In this document: in pieces, positions 8,106-15,375 of the stretch
How the letters are laid out: every line of letters begins with the position of its first letter
Position numbering within the stretch: the stretch's first letter is position 1
DNA from: Gemmatimonadales bacterium
Lineage (GTDB): Bacteria; Gemmatimonadota; Gemmatimonadetes; Gemmatimonadales; GWC2-71-9
Assembly (NCBI GenBank): GCA_041577295.1
Contig: JBFGJG010000053.1
Span: 1-27,137 of the forward strand
Direction of reading: 5' to 3'
DNA: 27,137 bases
Position numbers and translations under genes: made by a program
Notes under the pieces: model-generated
Databases searched by the model: none
Seen by the model: only the letters and a program-made list of their open reading frames with translations
Told to the model about the DNA's origin: nothing

Positions 8106-9210
8106 CTGCCATACTCGGGCGCAGCGGGACCGAGACGAGGATTTCCGTTCCGCGGCCTGCCAGAGACTCGATCTGAAATGTCCCGCCCACGAACGCGGCG
8201 CGCTCCCTCATATCGAGCAACCCCAATCCGCGAGCCTCATTCGTCGCGGCACCGTCGCGCGGGTCGAAACCATTCCCGTCGTCTCGGATGCGGAGCTCGA
8301 GTTGAGCAACAGCGGAGGACAGCTGAACAGTGACCCGGCTCGCATTGGCATGACGCTCGATGTTCGACAGTGCCTCTTGGGTGATCCGATAAAGGGTGAG
8401 CTCCACGTCCGGATCGAGCCGCGACTCCGTGGAATCGAGTGCCCGGTCCACGTTCCATTCAGTTCGCGCGACAAAGTCGTCGAGCAGATGGCCAATCGCC
8501 GGACCCAAGCCGAGATCGTCTAGCTCGCTCGGACGGAGGTTGTGCGAGATCAGTCGCACCTCCTGAATCGCCCGATCGAGCAGTTCCTTGGCAGTTTGCG
8601 CCTGGCGACGAAAACCGTCCTCCGCCGAATCGCCGAGTCCCTCAGCGATGGCCTGAACGCGGAACTTCACCGATGAAAGCAATTGATTGACGCTGTCGTG
8701 AAGATCGCGAGCCACCCGCCGACGCTCGTCCTCCAGTGCGTGCACGACGAGGCGCGACAACCGGCGCAGCTCTTCCTCGACCCGTCTTCGGTCGGTCAGA
8801 TCGCGTACCACCGCCAACATGCAGGGCCGACCACGCAGCTCGATTCGCGAAGCCGAGATCTCTGTCGGAAGCCGGTTACCGGTCTTGGTGAGACACTCGA
8901 ACTCGTCGGACCAGCCGATTCCCTCATCGAGCACCGCCGCTACGAAGGCCTTGAAGCGATCGATACCATCTGGATGCAGCGTAGCCGGCGAAAGGGCCAG
9001 CAACTCGTCGTGGGAGTACTCCAGTTTGCGACACGCAACTGGATTCGCATCGATGATCCGCTCGTCGAGCGGATCGAGGATCAGGATCATGTCGTACGAT
9101 TGGTTGAACACCTTGGCGAACTTCTCGTCAGGTGCGTCGGCAGGCGGCGCAAAATCACCCTCAGAACCACGGAATGAAGAAGCCGGTCGGTGGCCAGATA
9201 CGTGGGACAT
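8083..9210 (-). CDS. Cytoplasmic PAS sensor histidine kinase (HisKA_3 type)
   Basis: PAS 'IIDANPVACRKLEYSHDELL'; H-box 'ERRRVARDLHDSVNQ'; 'LRPSELDDLGL'; 'QEALSNIERHA'; 'DDGNGFD'; 'GLGLLDMRER'. No TM segment. Overlaps the response regulator start. Confidence 0.95.
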   Translation of the reverse strand: MSHVSGHRPASSFRGSEGDFAPPADAPDEKFAKVFNQSYDMILILDPLDERIIDANPVACRKLEYSHDELLALSPATLHPDGIDRFKAFVAAVLDEGIGWSDEFECLTKTGNRLPTEISASRIELRGRPCMLAVVRDLTDRRRVEEELRRLSRLVVHALEDERRRVARDLHDSVNQLLSSVKFRVQAIAEGLGDSAEDGFRRQAQTAKELLDRAIQEVRLISHNLRPSELDDLGLGPAIGHLLDDFVARTEWNVDRALDSTESRLDPDVELTLYRITQEALSNIERHANASRVTVQLSSAVAQLELRIRDDGNGFDPRDGAATNEARGLGLLDMRERAAFVGGTFQIESLAGRGTEILVSVPLRPSMADDERSRP

Positions 9211-9412
9211 GATGCCTTGTGTTCTTTTGAGACGGCGCGTTCGTTCAACAGCGCTTCCAGCGTCCCAGTGATGAGCTAGTGCTCTTCAACGTTCGTCATC
9301 TGTCAGGGCAGTGGCTCATGTGGTGGACGATGGAGTCGTGCTCGTCACGTCCCCAACGCTGCAGGACCCGCACCGCCACGCTGCCGGTGAAGCGCGCTGT
9401 GGTTGATTGACA

Positions 9413-9425
9413 TAAGTTCTTGATA
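9413..9425 (-). promoter_or_regulatory. Candidate IHF binding site in the divergent kinase/ferredoxin intergenic region
   Basis: Minus strand TATCAAGAACTTA matches WATCAANNNNTTR exactly, inside an AT-rich island (9403-9445). TTGACA is adjacent at 9407-9412 on the + strand. Confidence 0.5.
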
Positions 9426-9590
9426 TATCTGAGATTACGAATCATCGGCCGCGCTGCAAAGCGCCGGCGACGGCGAGTAATGTCATACGGAACCGTCGGG
9501 ATTTCGCCACGGTTGAGGGTGGGTTCACCACACGCCGTAAACCGCAGCATCCCATTGGCCTACAACCGCGGTCACGCTAGTATGCCAGCT

Positions 9591-9980
9591 ATGGCTGAGG
9601 AGAGACGGGTGGCGTCGGTGGAGCAGCTCCGCCAAGTGGCTCGAGACACGGGCGTGCCGGTGGCACGCCGTCACATCTTCCTCTGTTGCGACCAGACCAA
9701 ACCCAAGTGCTGTGACCGGGAGCGGTCACTCGAGTCGTGGAGCTACCTCAAGCGGCGTCTCAAGGAGCTCGGGCTTTCCGAGGGCGGTGGGATCTATCGA
9801 ACGAAGGCAAACTGCTTCCGCATCTGTGAGGGCGGTCCAATCGCGGTCGTCTATCCCGAGGGGGCGTGGTACCACCACTGCAGTCCACCGGTGTTGGAGC
9901 GGATCATCCAGGAACACTTGGTGGGGGGCCAGGTGGTGCAAGATCACCTGATCGTGCAGCGGCCCTTACCTCCAGAGTAG
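9591..9980 (+). CDS. Thioredoxin-like [2Fe-2S] ferredoxin
   Basis: '[15 protein letters not shown]', '[25 protein letters not shown]', '[11 protein letters not shown]'. Start is ATG 9591 or 9582. Confidence 0.9.
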   Translation: MAEERRVASVEQLRQVARDTGVPVARRHIFLCCDQTKPKCCDRERSLESWSYLKRRLKELGLSEGGGIYRTKANCFRICEGGPIAVVYPEGAWYHHCSPPVLERIIQEHLVGGQVVQDHLIVQRPLPPE

Positions 9981-9990
9981 TCACCACAGG

Positions 9991-10548
9991 ATGATCGACA
10001 CAATCCCCGTCTGGTTGGTTGGGGTCGCCATCTTCGTGCTCCGGATCATCGACGTCTCGATGGGCACGGTGCGCACGATTTTCGTGGTCGAAGGCCGAAC
10101 CAAGACCGCAATGGTGTTGGGTTTCTTCGAAGTGCTGATCTGGGTCACCGCGATCGCGCAGGTGGTGGGCCGCTTCGATGACACACCCTGGCTCGCCCCG
10201 TTCTACGCGGGCGGTTTCGCCACCGGGGTGGGGCTCGGCATGTTGATCGAGCGTCAGCTGGCGCTCAAGCTGTACGTGGTGCGTATCCTCTCTAGTACGC
10301 ACGGCAGGCAAATCGCTGAGACGCTCCGCGGCGAGGGTCACGTGCTCGCGACGTTTGCAGGAGAGACCAACACCGGACCGGTGAACTTGATCTACGTTTC
10401 AGCCCGCGGCAAACGGATTCGTGATGTTGTCGACCGGGCGCGGGCGGTGGATCCGGACCTTTTCTATCTGGTGGAATCCGCGAGGCAGTGGAGCCCCAAT
10501 GTGAACCCACCGGCCAGCGCAGGGTGGCGGTCGCTGTTCAGGAAGTAG
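9991..10548 (+). CDS. UPF0316/YebE-like (DUF2179/DUF5698) membrane protein
   Basis: 'IFVLRIIDVSMGTVRTI', 'LGFFEVLIWV', 'YAGGFATGV.LG..IE'. Confidence 0.88.
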   Translation: MIDTIPVWLVGVAIFVLRIIDVSMGTVRTIFVVEGRTKTAMVLGFFEVLIWVTAIAQVVGRFDDTPWLAPFYAGGFATGVGLGMLIERQLALKLYVVRILSSTHGRQIAETLRGEGHVLATFAGETNTGPVNLIYVSARGKRIRDVVDRARAVDPDLFYLVESARQWSPNVNPPASAGWRSLFRK

Positions 10549-11761
10549 TCGAAATCTGGCTCCCCCGCACAATCCGCCGTCGACCGTATTCGCGGTTGAT
10601 GGTGTCCACCGCCCGCGCAATGGCGCGATCCCGCCGCGTCTCTAGACCGGTAATTTCAGCGGTATCAAACAGAGAGAGTTGCGTCTCTCCTGACCGTCGT
10701 AGCTGCGAGGCAGCGACACCGAGCAACCGCGCTGGCACGCGCCGTCGCGTCCGCAGCCGCTCGAGCAACGATCGGGCGGTGCGAGCCAGGGCGTCATCTG
10801 CACACACCGCCTCGGGCAGCGTGCGCGATGCCTGACGCGTGGTAAAGTCTCCGTCTCGTAGTTTCACAGTGAGCGTGCGCGCGCGAATTCCCTTGCTACG
10901 GAGGTCAGCGCCGACTGCGGCTACCAAGGAGACGAGAATCTGGTCCAGCTGTCCGTCGTCGTCGATATCCGCGGCGAAGGTAGTCTCGTGGCTCAGTGAC
11001 TGTGACCGCACACGCGGAGTCACCGGCCTCGCGTCGAGGCCGCGAACTCGCCGATAGAGCCAGCGTCCACTGCCCTCACCGAACCAGCTCACGAGTGTGG
11101 CTTCGTCTAATGGCACCGCATCGCTGACGCGCCGCAGCCCACGCGCGGCAAGGCGCTCCTGAAAACGCGGACCGATCCCGGGAATCGCCGCGAGGTCGAG
11201 CTCGGCCATGAAGGCGGCCTCTTCCCCGGCGGGCACGATGTGCACACCGTGACTCCCCCTTCCGTGTGGCTTGGCCCAGCGCGAAGCGAGCTTGGCGATC
11301 AAGCGAGACGAACCACCGCCCACGGAGACCTCAATCCCCGTGGTGTCGAGGACAGCGTCCCGAATTTGTGTCGCAATCCGGTCGAGAGGCTCTCCACCGT
11401 AGAGCTGGTCCGTGCCCGATAGATCGAGATAGAACTCGTCGATGCTCGCAGCCTCGACGACCGGTGTGAACTGCTCCAGCACTCGGCGGATCTCTCGACT
11501 CTTGGTCACGCACGCATCGCGCGGCACCGGGACCGAAACGGCGGCCGGACACAACCGAAGGGCCTGAGCCGTCGGCATGCCGGAACGCACCCCAAACATG
11601 CGCGTCTCATAGGACGCGGAGGTGACCACACCTCGATGGTCCGACGATCCACCCACGAGGAGATACCGCGCCCGCCCAGCACCGTCGGGGTCCATCAGCC
11701 GAGCGACGGCTACGAAGAACGCATCGGCGTCGGCGTGGAGCACGCGGCGTGGTTCGCTCAC
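10538..11761 (-). CDS. dinB: DNA polymerase IV (Y-family)
   Basis: 'HADADAFFVAV', 'VVTSASYETRMFGVRSGMP', 'SIDEFYLD', 'IAKLAS..AKPHG', 'SLSHETTF'. The GTG start at 11761 overlaps the tenA stop (GTGA). Confidence 0.95.
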   Translation of the reverse strand: MSEPRRVLHADADAFFVAVARLMDPDGAGRARYLLVGGSSDHRGVVTSASYETRMFGVRSGMPTAQALRLCPAAVSVPVPRDACVTKSREIRRVLEQFTPVVEAASIDEFYLDLSGTDQLYGGEPLDRIATQIRDAVLDTTGIEVSVGGGSSRLIAKLASRWAKPHGRGSHGVHIVPAGEEAAFMAELDLAAIPGIGPRFQERLAARGLRRVSDAVPLDEATLVSWFGEGSGRWLYRRVRGLDARPVTPRVRSQSLSHETTFAADIDDDGQLDQILVSLVAAVGADLRSKGIRARTLTVKLRDGDFTTRQASRTLPEAVCADDALARTARSLLERLRTRRRVPARLLGVAASQLRRSGETQLSLFDTAEITGLETRRDRAIARAVDTINREYGRRRIVRGSQISTTS

Positions 11762-12480
11762 GGTGCCCACCGCTCTCCCTGCCAACACATCTCCCAAAAC
11801 TGCCACTCATAACGGCTCGAGATGAGAAACAGCTCGCGCAAGCGACTCCGCTTCGCGGAGGATATTCCAGTAGCCACCCGCTCGAGCTCCTCCTTCAGCC
11901 ACTCGGCTGCTTCGGCAAACTCATCGGATGCGTACTGCCGGATCCAGTCGATGTAGAGTTGATCTTCGGGTAGGGCGCCAGCATACAGGTGTTGCCCGAC
12001 GTAGACGTAGCCCCAGGCGCATGGGAGCAGCACCGCCAGCAGTTCTGCCATGTCGCCGTCCGCTGCCGTGCGAACCAGGAAATCGGTGTACGCACGGGTG
12101 GTCGGCCACGTGGTCTCCGCCTCGAGTGCCGGCTCCGAAATGTCGAACCGCGCTGCGTACTGGCGGTGGAGGGCCATCTCCGTATCGAGGGTGAGGTCCA
12201 AGAGCTTGGCATACCATCGCATGGACACGAGCCGATCGGCCTTGGCCACAGCCCACGCCAACACTCGCGCAAACTCCCGCAGGAAGAGGTAATCCTGGAG
12301 AACCCAACGCTTGAACCGGTCGACCTCGAGGGAGCCGTCCGCGATCCCACGGACGAACGGATGCACCAGCTGCGCATCCCAAAGTGGCTTGGCGGCGGCG
12401 AACAACTCATCGCAGAACGGCCTATCGCTGCTTCCCACCGCCAAGCTCTCGGAGTTCTCTACGAGTTTGCTCTTAGCCAT
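11758..12480 (-). CDS. tenA: Thiaminase II / aminopyrimidine aminohydrolase
   Basis: 'HPFVRGIADGSL', 'QDYLFL', 'EMALH', 'AYTDFL', catalytic Cys in 'LLPCAWGY', 'WIRQY', 'YEWQFWEM'. Start uncertain. Confidence 0.93.
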   Translation of the reverse strand: MAKSKLVENSESLAVGSSDRPFCDELFAAAKPLWDAQLVHPFVRGIADGSLEVDRFKRWVLQDYLFLREFARVLAWAVAKADRLVSMRWYAKLLDLTLDTEMALHRQYAARFDISEPALEAETTWPTTRAYTDFLVRTAADGDMAELLAVLLPCAWGYVYVGQHLYAGALPEDQLYIDWIRQYASDEFAEAAEWLKEELERVATGISSAKRSRLRELFLISSRYEWQFWEMCWQGERWAP

Positions 12481-12644
12481 CGCTGTTTCAGATTGAATCG
12501 GTGCTGGTCGCGGGACACCCGAAAGAATAGGATTAGCACGGAGAACCGGCAAGAAACCGAAGGTCCTGAAACCGCGTGGCCGACATTCGCGTAGAGTCCA
12601 TTCGGTGGTTCCCTCAGCAATTACGTCCGATCATTCGGGGATAT

Positions 12645-13268
12645 ATGACGGCAACGCAAAAGATGGTCATTCTGGTGGGAGCTCCGCTGGTGCTACTCGG
12701 CGGAATCGCGGTCAACGCCGGCGTGCAAAAGGGATCGGCAGTTGCCGACTTGATCACGGGGTGGATGCACGAGCTCGAGCACAGTCCCGAACCCGTGGTC
12801 ATGCATGTGGGATCGTTGCCAGTCATTTCCCAGATGCATGTGGATGGAGCCAAAATCGGCCACTTACAAACGGTGATGGTGCTCCGCGACCGGCCCGGCG
12901 CGGTGGACAGCCTGCGGCTGCTCGTCTCCTCCGCCCCCGCGCTCGCCGACGTCCCCTTGGATTGCCCACTGTTGTTCGACCCAGATGCCATGGACGAAAC
13001 GTGGCCGCTCGATGGGATCAAACACGTCGTCACGTGTGGGGCCGATACCGCGGGCTACGTGCGATTTGGCAGCGTGGTGTTGAGCGACCTCGGCCAGACT
13101 CTCGCCCTCTACCTGGAAGAAGACGACCTTCCGTGCGACCACATGAGCGATCCAGATCCCACCATGTGTGACGACATTCGCACGAAGATGCGCCGCTTGC
13201 GTAAGGAGCTCCGTGAGGAGATCCGTATTGAGACCGAATCACGGGTCAGAGTGACCGTCGAGCCGTAA
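12645..13268 (+). CDS. Hypothetical protein with an N-terminal membrane anchor or signal
   Basis: GGGG precedes ATG 12645; hydrophobic N-terminus; fills the gap between tenA and the oxidoreductase. No family recognised. Confidence 0.65.
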   Translation: MTATQKMVILVGAPLVLLGGIAVNAGVQKGSAVADLITGWMHELEHSPEPVVMHVGSLPVISQMHVDGAKIGHLQTVMVLRDRPGAVDSLRLLVSSAPALADVPLDCPLLFDPDAMDETWPLDGIKHVVTCGADTAGYVRFGSVVLSDLGQTLALYLEEDDLPCDHMSDPDPTMCDDIRTKMRRLRKELREEIRIETESRVRVTVEP

Positions 13269-13271
13269 GAG

Positions 13272-13360
13272 ACCACCGGCAGTAGCTCCGCCGATCAGCG
13301 TTATCCTGCCACCACCGGCGTTATCACGCCGATCCGCGTCCCTATCAGCGTCATCCGCGT
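13272..13360. repeat. Degenerate intergenic short tandem repeats (ATC[AC]GCGT / GCGTTATC)
   Basis: ATCAGCGT at 13294 and 13344; ATCCGCGT at 13332 and 13353; GCGTTATC at 13298 and 13318; ACCACCGGC at 13272 and 13311. Confidence 0.6.
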
Positions 13361-13377
13361 GCGATTACTTTTTCGTC

Positions 13378-15375
13378 ATGCCCCGCGTCGTGCATCGGAC
13401 AACGTGTCCTATGGATTGTCCGGACAGCTGCGCGCTCGAGGTCACCGTGAACGACGGTCGGATCGAGCGCATAGCCGGAGGGTGGGATCATCCGGACACG
13501 GCGGGGTTCATTTGCACCAAGGTTTCCCGCTTCAACCGCCGGGTCACCCATCCCCGCCGCCTCGAGCACCCCATGCGACGCGTGGGACCCAAAGGCTCGG
13601 GCGCGTTCGAACGTTTGTCCTGGCCCGACGCGGTGCAAGAGATCTGCGGTCGGTTCCGAGCCGTGGTCCGGGAGTGGGGTGGGGAAGCCATCCTGCCCTA
13701 TCGCTACGGTGGTTCCAACGGCTGGCTCACTGACGGACTCCTAGACGATCTCTTTTTCGCCAAACTCGGTGCGTCGCGCATCGCACGAACCCTGTGTGCC
13801 GCACCCACGACTGCTGTCGCGAAGGGGATGTACGGCAAGATGCCCGGCGTCGCCTTCGAGGACTACGTGCAGGCGCGGTGTATCGTCATCTGGGGGGCCA
13901 ACCCGAAGGCATCGAACATCCACCTGATGCCGTACCTGCGTCAGGCCAAGCGGAACGGTGCGGTCATCGCGGTGGTCGATCCGCGCCGCAAGTTCTCGGC
14001 GAACGAAATCGACCTTCACCTGCCGGTCTATCCCGGCGCCGACCTTCCGGTGGCACTCGCCATGATACGCTACTGGCGGGAGCGAGGGCTGCTCGATGAG
14101 CGGTTCCTGAGCGAGCACTGCGTCGGTCTCGACCCGTTGCTCGTGGCCGCCGAGCAATGGACGCTTGAACGGGCAGCGGAAGCGGCCGGCGTCGTTGCGC
14201 GTGACATCGAGCGCTTGGCGAGTTTGTATGCGGGGCTCGACCCCGCGGTCATCCGCTGCGGTTGGGGCCTGGAACGAAACCGCAATGGTGGTCATGCGGT
14301 CGCGGCCATCCTGGCAATGCCAGCCCTCCTCGGGAAGTTTGGGGTTCGCGGCGGCGGTTACACGCTGAGCAACGGCGGCGCCGTGCCATCGCCGGCGCGG
14401 AAGGCGGTCGAGCTACCGGCGTGGGACAGCCGCGTGCTCAACATGACCGAGTTGGGTCGATTGCTCACCGATTCGCTCGATCCGCCCATCAAGGCCTTGT
14501 TCGTTTACAACTGCAATCCAGCCGCTACGGTGCCCGATCAGAACACGGTATTGCGTGGCCTCGAGCGAGAGGATCTCTACACGGTGGTACTCGATCAGGT
14601 CATGACGGACACGGCGGTATACGCGGACATCCTGCTACCGGCGACGACGTTTCTCGAGCATTGGGATGTGCGTGCAGGATATGGAAGCTATGTGGTGGGA
14701 GGCGTGCGGCCCGTGATCGACCCGGTGGGCGAGTCGAGATCGAACCACGATGTCTTCGCTGCGTTGGGCCGCGGCATGGGATGGAACGAACCAGCGATTG
14801 ACTGGGATCAGCAGACTGCACTGGCCAAGGTAACCGAGGCGGTCGCGTCTCCTGGGGTCACCACGGCGCCCATCGCGAATGGAGAAGTGGCGTGGCTTCG
14901 TTTCAACGGCGCCAAAACCCCCATCATGTTCGGCAACGTCTTCCCCGCCACAGCTGATGGAAAAGTCCATCTGACGCCGAGCGACCTCGGGCCTGAACCA
15001 TACGCGTACGAGCCCGTAGCTAGTGAGCGATACCCGTTTGCGCTCATCAGCCCAGCGACCTCGAAGTTGATCTCGAGTACGCTGGGCGAGTTCAACTTCA
15101 CCGAGCTCTTCGTGGAACTCCACCCGAACGACGCCGCGCGGGTTGGCGTGGCGGACGGAGATCGTGTCAGGGTCTTCAACGATCTCGGGGAGGTGATCTG
15201 TCGCGCGCGGGTACGCGAAGCGGTTCGTCCCGGAGTCGTCTACATCCCCAAAGGTGCGTGGCGGCACTCCTCGGGCAACGGGCAGACCGCCACGGCATTG
15301 TGCCCGCCCACCGTGAGCGTGGTCGCCGGTGGCGCGTGCTTCAACGACGCTCGGGTGGCGGTGGAGCGGGCCTAG
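13378..15375 (+). CDS. Bis-MGD molybdopterin oxidoreductase (DMSO reductase superfamily, YoaE-like), cytoplasmic
   Basis: N-terminal 4Fe-4S motif CPMDCPDSC...ICTK; 'PMRRVGPKGSG.FERLSW'; 'IVIWGANP'; 'MTDTAVYADILLPATTFLE'; C-terminal 'HPNDAARVGVADGDRVRVFNDLG'. No Tat signal. Confidence 0.93.
   Translation: MPRVVHRTTCPMDCPDSCALEVTVNDGRIERIAGGWDHPDTAGFICTKVSRFNRRVTHPRRLEHPMRRVGPKGSGAFERLSWPDAVQEICGRFRAVVREWGGEAILPYRYGGSNGWLTDGLLDDLFFAKLGASRIARTLCAAPTTAVAKGMYGKMPGVAFEDYVQARCIVIWGANPKASNIHLMPYLRQAKRNGAVIAVVDPRRKFSANEIDLHLPVYPGADLPVALAMIRYWRERGLLDERFLSEHCVGLDPLLVAAEQWTLERAAEAAGVVARDIERLASLYAGLDPAVIRCGWGLERNRNGGHAVAAILAMPALLGKFGVRGGGYTLSNGGAVPSPARKAVELPAWDSRVLNMTELGRLLTDSLDPPIKALFVYNCNPAATVPDQNTVLRGLEREDLYTVVLDQVMTDTAVYADILLPATTFLEHWDVRAGYGSYVVGGVRPVIDPVGESRSNHDVFAALGRGMGWNEPAIDWDQQTALAKVTEAVASPGVTTAPIANGEVAWLRFNGAKTPIMFGNVFPATADGKVHLTPSDLGPEPYAYEPVASERYPFALISPATSKLISSTLGEFNFTELFVELHPNDAARVGVADGDRVRVFNDLGEVICRARVREAVRPGVVYIPKGAWRHSSGNGQTATALCPPTVSVVAGGACFNDARVAVERA

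Noticed and set aside
10538..11761. dinB as part of an imuABC cassette or mobile element
   Set aside because: The catalytic motifs are intact, so it is not ImuB. No imuA, dnaE2, integrase or transposase is present, and I see no compositional shift.
11762..11806. dinB start at ATG 11806
   Set aside because: It would overlap tenA by 49 nt. GTG 11761 gives a standard 4-nt coupling and a normal DinB N-terminus.
12481..12644. TPP riboswitch upstream of tenA
   Set aside because: Only GCTGAG is present on the minus strand. The downstream CCTGA...TAATGC..GCG.AGG core is missing.
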